NCBI GenBank assembly: GCA_951406725.2
Contig: OX597830.1
Coordinates: 5,952,001-6,016,000, forward strand
Length of the DNA stretch: 64,000 nt
Direction: 5' to 3'
Source: Octopus vulgaris
Taxonomy: Eukaryota
The position numbers were made by a program, and so were the translations under genes. How positions within the stretch are numbered: position 1 is the first letter of the stretch; each line of letters begins with the position of its first letter. A model generated the notes under the pieces. The model was not told the DNA's origin and did not search any database. It saw only the letters and a program-made list of their open reading frames with translations. This document shows, piece by piece, positions 12,813 through 27,009 of the stretch.

Positions 12813-13180
12813 CTCTCTATCTATCTATCTATCTACCTGTATATGTACATATATATCTAACTATTTATATATATACATATATATACACACACATACATAC
12901 ATATACTTATAAATATACATATATATATACATCTTCACAGATACATATATACATATATATGCATATATACAAACATATATATAATGTAAAACTCTCTATA
13001 TGTATAAATATGTATGCGCACATTCCTTTTATATATGTGTGTGTGTGCATTTATATATGTACTCTTACATATATATCTATGAGAATGCATCTGTATGTAC
13101 ATAATACGCATATATATATTTGTATATATATATACTTTAATAAATATATCTATGTATGTATATATATTTGTATATATGTA

Positions 13181-13252
<72 letters not shown>

Positions 13253-14182
13253 CATACATATACACCCACCCACACAAATCGCACACAAAATATAAGCGAT
13301 TTAGTTTTGAAACTTCTGTCAAATCTTGATGAAAACTCTATGATGTGTGGTAACAGGATTCTTATGAATAACGAAATAACAAAAAGTCTTGCTTCACGAG
13401 AGTTTAATCAATTTAATAGAGTCCCGAACACGAAGTTAATCGATATATATTTCAAGTCAGCCTGGTTTTCAGTGTCCTCTATCTGCTGAAGCATATGGAC
13501 TTGTGAAACATCAACATTTGATCACAGAACTATAGAATATCTCCTGTTACGTTTGAAAAGGAAAGTAGTGAAACAAGCAAGCACAATGATGGCTGTGGGG
13601 ATAAATTTGTAAATATTTCGCTGATTTGGTGATCTTTCATCATGAGTGTGTTGGGCTGCACACGAAAATGTAGCTTTTATTAACCTCACTCTGTCTCTTT
13701 TCTCTTATTTTTTTTTATCTCTCTTTCTCTCTGTATGTCTGTCTTTCTATCTACCTGTTTCTTTCTGCATGTCTTTCTCTCTATCAACCTGTTTCTTTCT
13801 GTCTCTTATTATCCGGTCAGTTATATAAAATATCTTTAATGAGAAGTTCTCGTAATCTTCAATTCGTTAAGTCGTCATGATGTCTTGCAATAAGATTTTC
13901 ACATCAAACAATTGGAGCCCGTTCCTATGTGACACGTAAGACATTTTTTTAGAAATATCTAAACTCTAAATCTAAACTTTTCCTTAAATCACCCTTATTA
14001 TCGATGTATTTCTGCAATACGGCGCTTAAAAAGAGAAATACCTACCAGGACGTGGCCCTAACGTAGCTCGGGTACACTGCTTTATTGACTGTAACAAACA
14101 AGCAACTGTATAATCATACAATTCGTAGGTCTTCTCTCTACAGAATTCAACTATGGCTTCATTTTGTATTATATTCGTTACG

Positions 14183-14612
14183 AAGGCGGCGAGTTGGCTG
14201 AAACATTACCGCGCCCGGCAAAACTGCTTAGCGGTATTTCGTCTGCCGCTACGTTCTGAGTTCAAATTCCGCCGAGGTCGACTTTGCCTTTCATCCTTTC
14301 GGGGTCGATTAAATACGTACCAGTTAGAAACTGGGATCGATATAATCGACTTAATCCGTTTTTCTGTCCTTGTGTGCCCCCTATGAGTGTAGCCCCTTGT
14401 GGGTAATAAAGAAACAAGAAACGTTACCGTGCTCTGCAAAAATGCTTAGCGACATTTCATCCGTCTTTACGTTCTGAGTTCAAATTCGGCCGAGGTCGAC
14501 TTTGCCTTTCATCCTAACAAGTCTATAAAATAAGTACCAGTTAAACACTGAGATCAATATAATCGACTTCATGCCCCTAAATTGCTGGCCTTGAGCCAAA
14601 GTTTGAAATTAA
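14183..14612 (+). mobile_element. Dimeric SINE family A
   Basis: aaggcggcgagttggc head; two copies of gagttcaaattc..ccgaggtcgactttgcctttcatcct. Confidence 0.85.
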
Positions 14613-14898
14613 TCCCAAATTCGTGACATGGCTTGAAAACAAGTTGCGTAAGATTATATCATGTTGCAAAAACACAACTGTTATAAAGAAACGTATTATA
14701 AAGAAACGTATTATAAAGAAACGTACGTATTTGCTTGACGTGCGGCAATAGTGTAGCAAGCTCTGTATAGATTGATGCTGCTTTAAGTCCATGTCTGTGT
14801 GGGGTGGGGAGGGAAATGGCAGAGTGGATGGGAAAGCGGGCGAATAGTTTATAGCTCAGAAGTTAAAATAAAACGTTCATCATTACGTCTCGAAGCGG

Positions 14899-15542
14899 AA
14901 GGCGGCGAGATGTCAGAATCGGTTGCACGCTAGACGAAATACTTCGCGGTATTTCGTCTGCCGCTACGTTCTGAGTTCAAATTCCGCCGAGGTCGACTTT
15001 GCCTTTCATCCTTTCGGGGTCAATAAATTATGTACCAGTTACGCACTGGGGTCGATATAATCGACTTAATACCTATGTCTGTCCTTGTTTGTCCCCTCTA
15101 TGTTTAGCCCCTTGTGGGTAATAAAGAAATATGTATTTCGTTTCTTTACGTTGCAAGTTCAAATTCTGCTTAGGTCGAGTTTGCCTTTCACCTCCTGCCG
15201 AGGTCGACTTTGCCTATCGATAAATTAAGTACCAGTTGCGTACTGGGGTCGATCTAATCCACTGGCTTCATCCCCCAAAACTTCGTGCCTAGAGTAGAAA
15301 AGAATGCTTAGCGGTAATTCGCCCGTTACTACGTTCTGAGTTCTAATGCTGCCGAGGTCAACTAGGCCTTTCCTCGTTTCGTTTCGATAAATTAATTACC
15401 GATGAAACATTGGGGTCAATATTATCGACAAACGCCCTCCCCCAAATTTCAGGCTTTGTGTCTAGAATAGAAAGGAATATCATTATTATTATTAAGGTGG
15501 TGAGCTGGCAGAATCATTAGCACGCTGGACGAAATGCTTCGT
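14899..15542 (+). mobile_element. Head-to-tail array of SINE family A monomers
   Basis: At least three cores (gaggtcgactttgcc variants) plus a further head at 15494-15542. Confidence 0.85.
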
Positions 15543-15889
15543 ACCTGTGTATATGACTTTATATAACTGTATTAATATCGCTTAAACAGACTGTTATTAT
15601 AACATGAAACAGTGATAAAGTCAGCCGATTCTGCATGAATACATGTTTTCTAACATGAATTTACAAAATGCTCTCAATGGTGCTGCCGGTAAAACCTAAT
15701 TGAACACATTTGTAATCGAAATGTTCCAGCCGAGACCAAACCGTCTTATACACACTCACATTTTACTATTCTCTGCAGAGTATTGTTTCTTTTTAAGACG
15801 TGAGATTTAGTTGCTATTTCTAGCAGGTTGAATGTGCACATAGAGGCCCCGTCATTTGTTTGTGTATAATGTAGTATATTGTTTATTTT

Positions 15890-16100
15890 GACATTTTTGT
15901 TGTTATATCTTTTAACTTATACTTGTTTCAGGCATTACCTGGAACGGTTCTAGTCGAACGAATCGAGAACAGCACTTATTTTGCTATGCTTGATATGAAC
16001 TCCCTCGTTTCCTTTTGCCCAACTGCTAGGTTGCAGGTATGTAAACACACCAACACTGGTTTTAAAACGGGCTCGTGGGGAAAACACAGACACACAAAAT
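15890..16100 (-). mobile_element. SINE family B tail
   Basis: acttgtttcag...tagtcgaacgaatcga...gtaaacacaccaacactggtt; pairs with the head at 18718-18878. Confidence 0.7.
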
Positions 16101-16123
16101 CGTACACATACACACACATACAC

Positions 16124-16182
<59 letters not shown>

Positions 16183-16212
16183 CATATATATGTATATATA
16201 TATACACACATC

Positions 16213-16270
<58 letters not shown>

Positions 16271-16286
16271 ATTTTACATTACTCGG

Positions 16287-16360
16287 TAGTCAAGATAAAA
16301 CTCTGAGTTTCAGATGCCGAAGTGGAAATCCACAACACCATCTCTTCGGTTATCTGGCTA
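16287..16360 (-). ncRNA. Type I hammerhead variant in the PLE 3' region
   Basis: Minus strand: agataa CCGAAGA gatg...catc TGAA ACTC-A-GAGT T ttatct; 6-bp stem I extended by tagcc/gacta. Confidence 0.75.
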
Positions 16361-16549
16361 TTTGAAAACGTTATGAAAAAATACCGTTAAAATGAAGGGA
16401 AATTACTCTGTTATAACTCTGCTTTGCCTGCGTACTTATACATCGCTCGCATTTTTCGTCATAAAAATTATATAAAAATACATAAAAAATATATAAAAAT
16501 ATATAAAAATATATAAATTCTTCTTGGGACATAACACAGAAAGCATGTT

Positions 16550-18674
16550 CTATCCGTTTTCTTTAGGGGACCAAAAACGTAAGAGAAATTTAGTCACATG
16601 TGGGCATGATCCGAAAAACTCTGTCCTTGTATTTAGACATGTAGTAGGGTCTAAGCTGCTTTTCCAGATAAGCCATCTCTCCATGTCGCATAGACCGCAC
16701 CTTCCGCTGCCGTTAGTATAGGGCTTACGTCCGGCCAAAATCTTCCATTCTATGTTATAATCGACACTTTATCTCTTAAAGACCAAATATGATTGGATAA
16801 TTGTGTCGCTTTTCTTTTGTTCCAGTGCCTAAAGCTCAAAGTGTGGTTATTGAACCTGGCCTTGAAATTACCCTCTGTAAGGCCCACGTATTTCTTCGTC
16901 GAAACGGTGTATTTAATGGTTATAGAGTTTACGGTAGCTTCATATATGATGGTCTTGGACATGCAAGCTCCATTTAGCGGGCACAATTCTTTATTCCTGC
17001 ATGAACAGCTGTTTTCTTCTTGTGTTTTTTGTATGTTATGTTTGATTATGTTTTTAAAATTGGTAGTTGAACTAAAACTAATTTTTAAATTGTGTCTATT
17101 GAAGAGTTTCCTATAAGTATAGTTAACTGGAAAATGTCTATCTATCAGTGCTAGGAAATATTTACCTATATTGAAGGCCACCTCGGGTGAGTAAGGGGGC
17201 GTAAACCAGATGACCTTCCTATTTCTATTATTCCTTTTCCTTACTGTTGGGCTAGTGATAGGTGTATATTTTATTTTTTCGCTAAAACCACTATCTTTTA
17301 AAGCCTTATTATAAACTGGGGCAACGCTATTGAAGATGTCCTCATTAGATGAGAGGCTAGAAATCCTCTTACTAATATTTTTAACTAAATTTTTGAATAC
17401 TATAGGGGGATGGCATGAACCTACATTAATATAACTTAGTCTATCATTGGGCTTCCTATAAGGCTTATAAATATTCTTATTAAGATCTAAGGAAACGTCT
17501 AAGAAATTGACAACCGTCAGGTTAGTGTCTATAGTTATACTAAGTCCGAAGTGTTTCATTAACTGGATAATATCCTTCCTAAAACGATCTTGTGCTGGTC
17601 CATTTGTATTAGCTGTTAAGGCGAGGGCATCATCTTTGTAGATGGCGAAATGTACGTTAGGGAATGTCTTACCGAAGGTATCTAGGAGAAAGAGTCCAAT
17701 TAGATCACAGATGCCTGCCCCATCATATGAACCCATGCTCACATCGAAAGCGCCCTCCGTGTCGGTGTTTTTTTACCCACTTTGCATTCTCACTGAAAAG
17801 TAATGTCTTTCTAGCATGGAAGATTATGTCCTTATCATTGGTACTAATTTCTATGAAGTCACTAGCGAAGATGAGGGCTTTATCTAGCAGGTCTTTAGAG
17901 ATAGAGGCATAAAAATCAACAATATCAAATTGTGTAAACCTCGCTTTTTTCTTATTCTTAATAGCTTTAAACCAGTCTACGACTTCTATACTATTGGACC
18001 ATTGTACTAGCCTAGTGTCGGTCTTAATTTTCGTATTTATTTTATCTAAAATTTCTTTGCTAATAATCCCTAGTTCTGACTTGGCTGGGTTGATAAGCCT
18101 ACATTTAGGGTTGGAAAGAAGTTTTCTTTGTGATCTTTAATAGTAATAAAGGCCTCTTTTTGGGGGAGGGCTTCTATTTTTTATCTAATTTAAGTTTAGC
18201 GGCGATGACGCTAGCTTCTTTATTAATTTCGTTATATGTCTGTGCCCTAGCCTTAGTATAATTATTAATGATGCTGTTGTGTAAGAGTTGTGTGTATTTG
18301 CTGTTATCTTCCAGGTATAATTTCTTGGTTTTATCCGAAAAAAGTGCTTTTTTCTTGGAGCTTTTTATATGATTAATATCTTTTTTCAATTTATGTTGGA
18401 AATCGTTAAAAGACTTACGAAATTTTATTTTGCTCATGATTTTCAGCAGGTCCGCTTCGAAATCTTCCAAGCCTTTAATCCTGGGAGGGAATTTGTTGGA
18501 TTTTATTCGATAGAAAATATTTTCCTTGGTGTCCGCTTCTGTATCAAAAAAGAAAGCCTTCCATCTCATACGCTTAATTACATCAGTAATTTTCTGCAGA
18601 AGTTTCTTAGAGTAAAAATCCTTTGATGGGATCGGTATATTTTTCATAGAATAATCTATGTGATATGCATCCAT
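16550..18674 (-). pseudogene. PLE reverse transcriptase / GIY-YIG endonuclease polyprotein, frameshifted
   Basis: Stitched frames: RMRWKAFFF...SDKTKKLY; AFITIKDHK, CRLINPAKSELG, FTQFDIVDFYASI; MGSYDGA, YKDDAL, NFLDVSL; CSCRNKELCPLNGAC linker; IIYEATV...YVGLTEGNFKARFNNH; RCGLCDME...LNTRTE..GSCPH. About four frameshifts (near 18180, 18120, 17760, 16760). Confidence 0.92.
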
Positions 18675-18717
18675 ATTAGATTCTTTTGTGTGTGAGAGTC
18701 CTCATATATATATATAT

Positions 18718-18878
18718 ACGTCGGGCTTCTTTCAGTTTCCGTCTTCTGAAGCCACTCTAATCCTTTGGTTGACCCGAGGCTATATTCAAAGACATTTACA
18801 CAACGGGCCACGTAGTGGCTCTGAACCTGCAACCATGTGGTTGGGGAGCAAGATTCTTGCCATGCAATCACGCCTGAT
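18718..18878 (-). mobile_element. SINE family B head
   Basis: cgggcttctttcagtttccgtc...gaggctata...aaccatgtggttggggagcaag...cacgcctg. Confidence 0.8.
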
Positions 18879-20342
18879 CGTTCGGTTGACGATCACTTAT
18901 ACACAATAACCAGAAAAGGTTGTTGTTCCCTCCCTTGTCAATAATTGGTACCAGTTATATTTCCAGGTAATTCTCTCAGAAACACCAGTGTTTTATCCAA
19001 GAGATACTTTCTTTCCTATTTCTTGAAACAGCGGAAACCTCTCTATGAAGTAGCATCTCAATAAAAAAAAGTCAATTTTTAGCATTATCATCATGAAACA
19101 CGAATTTACAGATCAAAAGCTAAGAATTTAATCCGCGAGTTCATAATATCATTTAGCCATCACAGAATAACAAGTAAGAGAATATATTTATATCGTATAT
19201 AAATAAGATGTCCAAGTTTTGATAAAGCCATAATTACTGAGCAGAATGTCAGTACTCTTCCACGTCAATATAATCAGTAATAAACGAACTTTACGATGCC
19301 AGGAAAAAGCTTTCACTGTAGCATTATATTATTGCATTGCTGCTATAGAAATCCAACAGAAGTGACGTCTGCCTCTGTAGCAGTTAGGTCAACTGTCAAA
19401 TTATATCAAGTTTGAATCCACTGATATGCTTTTGTGATATTAAAACCACCAGTGGAAATGTTACAAGGTCAAACAAAAGCTACGAACGCCAAGAGCTGAG
19501 GTCACCAAGTTGGGGGCAAATCTATTTACTCAATTCGTATTTAATGGAAAATACTGTATATATTATTTCTGATTCTTCTAATATTTGGTTATGGCTCTCA
19601 CTCATAAACCGTATGTTAATACCTACAATAGCCATGCAAATACTAGAATCATCTGTGTGTGCTGTTACGTATCAGAAATGCTTATTTGTATGTAACTTCG
19701 TCTTTCCTTCTCTTCTATTTCGTCTGTCATTGCTTTGTTTGTGTGAGTATTCTGATAAAACGTTGACACCGTGTAAAGTAGGTTTCCTAAGAACTAAAGG
19801 AGGAGGAAATAGAATGACGTGTTTCATAAGCGAACAGATTGAGATGGAGACAGAGAAACATTCGGAGGGAGAGAGAGAGAGAGAGAAAGAAAGAGAAACA
19901 CACACACGCGCGCACACACACACACACTGAAAGAGACAGAGACACAGAGAGAGAAGATTGAAATTGTCTTATTGAATTTTCTTTCTTTCGGTGAAGTGGT
20001 GCTATACTATATTGCATTATACAATGAATATTCCAGCATATAATCGAAAGAGGCCAAAACCGATAATAAGAAAATGGTTGTAGAGATTCTTATGTCTCAG
20101 TAAAGTTGCCACATGAAGTTATGATTTGTGCTGCTTTGGAAATCTAGCTCATGGCATTAGACTCAGGGCAAAAGGAATTACACAGAAGTGAGCGTTTGTA
20201 GTAAGAGTCACAAGAACTCGAACGAAAGTTTTTCGAATATTGAGTTGAGGAAAATAACCAAAATGATCTTTAGCTTGTTCTTTAAGTTGCAAAGAGACAA
20301 AGTATCTGTCTACAACAATAACAGCACCGACAACAGTAAAAA

Positions 20343-20387
<45 letters not shown>

Positions 20388-20859
20388 AGCTGCATCGATT
20401 TTGACGTATGCATGTTTGAAGGAGAGGACTTGAATAAAAAAAAGAAAAAAGAAAAATTAAAGATTTTGCATTTAATTGCGATGAACTCGCGAATGTAATA
20501 TGGGTCCAGGAATGGATTTTGCTACAAAGTCGTAATGGGCATAATGAGGATTTTGGTTACCTATGAATGGACAAATTTGTCTGTTGATTGCAGGATAAAA
20601 TTCCTTTACTGTTCCGTTTCAACTCAAATTGTTTCGATGCACCAGGGCACACTTTACGCCACGGATATTGATCCCGGCAATAGCCTTCGCAAGATGTTAA
20701 AATAAACTATAGGAATTTTAGGGATTGTTTCAACTTATCATTATACTTAAGGAATAGTCTTCCTTTACCGTGGTATCCCTCGACTTATTGGCCATACAAA
20801 AGAAAATTCAGAATGCGATCATCTTGTATTTGAACATGACCTACCCAACTGCAATTGGG

Positions 20860-20912
<53 letters not shown>

Positions 20913-21195
20913 TTTCTTCTTATTCTTCTTCTTCTTCTTCTTCGTCGTCGCACTGGGGCAGCAGTGTTCACGAGAGGGGACATTAATTCCATTACTTTAT
21001 TGCTTCTTATTTTATCGACCCAAAAAGAGATTTCCTCGGTGAGATGTGAAATTACAACCTTAATTTTCGAAAGAAATGTCGCGAAGAGTTTTTCACGTTG
21101 TCCCTACGATTCTGCTCATTCACCGAGCTTACGATGATTATAATAATGATCATGGTGATAATACTGTTGATTACGATGACGATCATCATTATATA

Positions 21196-21426
21196 TTTCT
21201 TTACTACCCACAAGGGTCTAAACACAGAGGGGACAAACAAGGACAGACAAACGGATTAAGTCGATTACATCGACCCCAGTGCGTAACTGGTACTTAATTT
21301 ATCGACCCCTATAGGATGAAAGGTAAAGTCGACCTCGGCGGAATTTGAACCCACAACGTAGCGACGGGCGAAATACCGCGAAGTACTTCGCCCGGCGTGC
21401 TAACGTCTCTGCCAGCTCGCCGCCTT
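21196..21426 (-). mobile_element. SINE family A monomer, young, with TSD
   Basis: Full consensus-like copy; 12-bp direct repeat atcatcattata at 21182-21193 and 21429-21440. Confidence 0.9.
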
Positions 21427-22081
21427 AAATCATCATTATAATCATCATCATTATCATCCTCCCCCTCCTCCTCCTCCTCATCATCATCGTCATCATCGCC
21501 GTCGTCGTAGTTGTTGTCGAATTCAACAACACAACATCAACAACAACAAGAACAGTAACAATAATAATGTATTTATTATTGATTCAGCGATATGATTAAT
21601 TTAGAAGAGTAATTTAATCCTATTTACATTTAAATTCCTCCGTTCACTCATTGCAAACTCATCGAATGTGGACCAACATCTAATCGATCAACAAGATGGA
21701 GGAAAACTTTAGAAAGTAACCAGGAAGTAATTTATTTGAGACAAGAAAAATAATCTTTCTACAACAATTTAGCAACAACGACGTCAACAACATAAATGGC
21801 AATAGAAGTATCGTATGCTTATCATTCAATATTAATGTCTTTGAAAAGTGCAGACGACACCGGGATGATCTGATAGCAGATAGCAAAGAAAAATAAAACA
21901 GTTAATTTATATAGAAACACGGAAATGTTGGAATAATTTTTGGTGTACGGTAAGAAGCTCACTTTCTGCCAACGGGTTTCGGGTTCAGTACTACTGCGCG
22001 ACACATTGGGCAAATATCTACTATTATAACCTGAGGTCGATCAATGCCTAAATGAATTTTGTGACGGGAAAAGTATAGAAG

Positions 22082-22282
22082 CTTCGACATGCTGGGCCGC
22101 TGAAATCTACAAGTTTTTTTTTTTTATATTCATTCTCTGTTTATTTTCTCTTATTCAGTTCTGTTAAAGAGCGGAGGCGCGAAATGTAAACGACATTTTC
22201 CTTTTCCCGAGCATCAAACTAATGCACTTGCTTGTTTTTCATACACTTGTCTTTGTTCTTTGTTTCTTTATAAATTTCAACT
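22082..22282 (+). mobile_element. Family D repeat (CTGTT subfamily), degenerate hammerhead at 22158-22191
   Basis: gttCTGTTAAagagcggaggcgcGAAATGTAaac; lies directly after a SINE B head (21940-22081) and before (TA)n. Confidence 0.65.
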
Positions 22283-22499
22283 ATATATATATATATCCAA
22301 ATCGTTGGAGTGGAGCAGGTCAAATCTATTCTACAAGAGCCCTTTGCAGGGTTCTTGGAGCATGATCAATAAGCAAATATCACCTCATTCTGCTGCTTTT
22401 GTGTAGCTGACATTTTCCATCATAACCAGAAAAATAGCTCATGATAATGATGATGATGATGATGATGATAATGATAATAACAACAACAACAACAACAAC

Positions 22500-22560
<61 letters not shown>

Positions 22561-23382
22561 GCAAACAAGCTGATGTCGACCAGAAACACAAGCATCAATA
22601 GTTACGAAGCTCAGGGCTAAAAGCAGAGAGTGAAGGTTTCCTATTAGCTGCTCAAGACCAAAGCTTATTAACGCGGAACTACCAAGCCAATGTGATAAAA
22701 AATGGAGCTGACTCTGTAACAATGAGATTGAAACAATAGACCACTTAATCTCAGGATGTAGATAGAGTCTTAGCACCTGTAGAATATGGAGCAAGACATG
22801 ACAGAGTCGGCCAGCATTTACACTGGATAATATGTCGATATTATAAAATCAAAACCGCTGACAAATGGTATAAACACCATCTTGAAGCTGTGACTGAGGG
22901 AGAAAATGTGTCGATTCTATGGGACCTACCGGTACATACCGACAAAGCTATAAAAGCTAATGAACCGGATATTCCTTGCGATCACAATATAGCGGCGAAA
23001 GAATTTGACAAGATCAGTAAATATAAAGACTTGCTAATAGAAATTGACAAAATGTGGCATCTCAAGGCAACTACAGCACCAGTGATTGTAGGATCTCTAG
23101 GAATGATATAAAATGGGTACTGAAACCTATTTGAAAATGATTCCAGGCTTACCATCCCTACAGGAAGTGCAAACAATTGTGTTAACTGGAACGACTCATG
23201 TACTGAGAAGAGAATTATTGCTGTGAAAACAACATCCATTCATGGATTTATTTATCTATTAATTTTTTTTTTACCTGTGAATTTGCATGTGTAATCTGGG
23301 AATGCATACAATGAGCATCTCAGCCCTAGGTGTACGGAAAACACTCGGCGAGAAGCGGAAGAAAATTTTAAGAAAGAAGGAA
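22561..23382 (+). mobile_element. R4/Dong-clade non-LTR retrotransposon 3' fragment (restriction-like endonuclease region)
   Basis: GLKAESEGFLLAAQDQSLLTRNY, ETIDHLISGC, RHDRV...LHW, ILWDLPVHTD..IKANEPDI, KISKYKDL, PVIVGSLG; flanked by (AAT)n on both sides. Confidence 0.88.
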
Positions 23383-23424
<42 letters not shown>

Positions 23425-23436
23425 CATAAAATCATA

Positions 23437-23503
<67 letters not shown>

Positions 23504-23508
23504 TAACA

Positions 23509-23579
<71 letters not shown>

Positions 23580-24230
23580 AGTAAGTTTGTCACAAAATCA
23601 TATCGTTACAATGTAGCCAGTATCGTGTTTTTGCAGATGCAATTTTGGTAAATTTCTGCTGCAGTAGACTAATCAAATCAATGATTTTTTTTTTTCAAAT
23701 CTGTTCAACTTTTCTATAAATTACGCACATAGATTGAAATCTTGTAAAATTGTGACAAGCATCGTAGAACAAAAGGCAAAGCTGCTGGCGAACAGAATCG
23801 GTTAAATAAATTTGTTTCCTGATTCAATGCAGTTCCTTAGACTTAACTTCCGTCACGGATATCTTTAAGAAAAGCATGACGTCATACGATCTCACTTCTT
23901 TCTTCGATGCGTTTTTGCCATTGTATCGTGGTAAGTAGTTGATTATGAATCCGGAATAGATGAGGGAGGAGTTACATTTTCTTACTGAAACTTCCAGACT
24001 TTATTCATAATTATACAATATAATTCTTTTCTTCCTCATCGTCACTTAATATTTGTTATTTGTTAACACTTATTTAACTTATAGATATATAGATATGTGT
24101 TTTTGAGTAGACGAAATAGCATAGTTTTAGCAAGAGTAAAAAATATGCAGTTCTGTCGATCCGTCGTATCTCGAGAATGTTTGCAGTGTATTGCGCAATA
24201 TACATCAAAGTTTAAAAGGGATCGAACCCC

Positions 24231-24263
<33 letters not shown>

Positions 24264-25189
24264 CAGGCTAGATCACATTTTCAAAGTACATAGCATTTGT
24301 GCTTTCTTATACACAAATACTGGAATAATTTGAGTAAAAGGTGAAGTAAAACGTGAAGTCCAAGTCAGGAGGGAATTTATAATTAATATCAGAATATCTT
24401 TCTGACAAGGCTCATATGTTGTGTATAATAAAACAGGAGAAATATGGAATGTGTGTTATGGAGTTATGTTTCCCGAGAGCATTTGTTGTACAAATGAAGT
24501 TAATTTACTAAGAGAGCCAGCAGCGTCCAGATTTGTATCAGAGCGCAGCAGATTTTCTATTAAGAATATCACTTCAACGTGTAAAGGAAGGATCCCAAAG
24601 AACTTCGAACAATGGAAAGGAACAGTCTATTATCGACACAATAAAATATGTAATATTTCTTCTGGTTTCAGCGATAATGTCATCCCATAGAAATTGTGAT
24701 CTTCCATACCTTCTTTATATTATAACAAATTACACTTAAATTGAAATGATTATGAATGGGATATTGTATATGTCCAATACACGAAACTTAACAGGCATCA
24801 CGCTAAACGTTTCTGTAAGCACGAACTAGGAGATCTCAGAATGTACACATACACCTCATTCTTTCCTTACGAAGCTATATCACACACGTGCCTGCACACA
24901 AACAACAACTACAAGTACAACAACAACCGATATTTTTGTTTCATTAAGATTCTATTTAAATGCTCATATACCCAGTCTTGGGGAATTGTTAACATGCCCA
25001 ACTGCTTTGGCTTTGCGTTCTGAGTTCAAATTCCACTGAGACCGATTTTTGTCATTCATTCTTTCAGGTTAAATGAAATAAATTGAACGTGGTAATCGAC
25101 AAGCACCCTGATCCCTAAACAAAATTTCAGCTCCTGTGACGACAGGAGAACAGATTATCATCAGTAATAGCATTCGATTCGTGATATTG

Positions 25190-25450
25190 TGAAGGCGGGT
25201 GGCCTAGGGGCTAAGCTTTTTACATTAACGATTGTGAGATCCTGAGTTCGATTCCCAGATCAGCTGAGTTTTATGCGCTTGAGCAAGACACTTCATTTCA
25301 TGTTGCGTAATTCCATTCAGTTGTAAAGGAGCAGCCTTCTGATCCAGGGAGCGATGTTGTTAAAGCGATGCAAAGGTAAAACGATGCAAAGCGCATTGTG
25401 GCCAGTGATGTATAACCACATCCGATAGTCTGGTCGATCACGGGATCGTA
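25190..25450 (+). mobile_element. tRNA-derived SINE (family C), degenerate
   Basis: gtggcctaggggcta A-box-like, gagttcgattccc B-box, cttgagcaagacacttcatttc. Confidence 0.6.
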
Positions 25451-25529
25451 TGATTAGTATTATTAGAATTAATACTATCACAATTCTCTCCACCTTTTAT
25501 GATGTTTGGGTTACCTGTACCATTGGGTT

Positions 25530-25990
25530 ACCTGTACCATTTCTCAGTTCATTCCTGCATCTTAGAGACATAGCATTTTCCTCGACACATGCACCGTTCC
25601 TAGTGTGACCGCCATTTAAGTTTTACCCCTGAAGTCTGCTAGTTCCAAGTTCTCATGCGAGGTATTCTATCTTCCATGACATGGTTCTGAATGCACCAGT
25701 CATCGTGGGTATCACGCTCACTCTTGAGGTTTTATCAATACGCATCTGTTCATACCTTGCGTTTTTTCTCATTGTCTAAACAAACTTCTAATCAGCAGAC
25801 ACCATTACGTCACTAAACTTTCGTTGTTTGGTCTCACTCTGTAGGCGTATGATATGCTGCAGCTTCTTACCTCTGTAGATTGTCGTATTCCACATGAATT
25901 TCATTGGTGGTTACCAGTGGCTAGCAAGGGCTGGTGTTCATACCGTCTTCCTGCACATCTAGTACCTTCTTAAGTGCTTACGTCCGCCAC
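25530..25990 (-). mobile_element. Highly decayed R4/Dong-like LINE relic
   Basis: Minus-strand peptide remnants such as FMWNTTIY, VIPTMTGAF and VTLGTVH align loosely with the copy at 22.9-23.2 kb. Confidence 0.4.
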
Positions 25991-26579
25991 ATCACTCAAT
26001 TCACTGGCTCTACAACATTATCTTGGCTCTACAACATTATCTGGGCTCGTTTCTTTGTGTTCTGTGTCAGTTTTAAACCTTATGAAGTTCAACACATTCT
26101 AAAATAACTTCTAAGTCTGAGGATGGGAATCGAACACACGTCTTCTGCAAATATGACAGACGTTCTACTATTGAACCACGACTCTTACGAACTCTCCAAC
26201 CGTTTGAGAAACTTATTTCTTACCAATGAGATGTGAGCCAATATATAACTATATAAATATATAAATATATACAGAGAGAAACAGAGAGAGAGAGAGTCTG
26301 TGAGAAAGCAAGTGAAACAAATAGATAGATAGATATAATTGTGTATGTGCGTGTGTGTGTGTGTATGTGCGCGTGTGTGTGTGTGTGCGTAATCATTGTT
26401 CGCACGGTCTAAAGCGAGACCTGCAACGAATTGTTTGCATATTTATTCTTCAGACATCAAAGCAGTTTCAGCCACAAAGTATGGTGACCACTGTACAGTG
26501 CGTCGTAGGAGAAAAAGATCTCCCTTGAGCGACGACAAAGTGTTCAACGCGTATGCATGTATGTATATATGTATGTATG

Positions 26580-26616
<37 letters not shown>

Positions 26617-26970
26617 CGCTCTCTCTCTAAATCTATATATATATATATTTATATAGATAGATAGATAAATAGATAGATATACACGCATGTATAAACGCTC
26701 GCGCGCGCGTGTGTGTTTTCTATGCACCAGTTTGGAACAATGAGGATGAGAACTACACATTGCATTGGTGAATGAATATTCCTCATTTGTAGGTTAATTA
26801 GGCTACCGTTGGTTTCATGCTGAGAGACATTTCTCGACAATTATCGAGCCTGCCACAGAGAAAGTTGGTACAACTGGGATGAGAAAAGATGTGCATGTGT
26901 GTGTGTGTATGGAGATATGTCCATAGATATAGATATGAAGATATCAATAGCTAGATTGGAAGATAGGTAA

Positions 26971-27009
<39 letters not shown>

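Larger units (their letters stand above)
16266..18702 (-). mobile_element. Penelope-like retroelement, near full length, probably Hydra clade
   Basis: Bounded by (TA)n on both sides; RT plus C-terminal GIY-YIG ORF; hammerhead in the 3' region. Confidence 0.92.
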
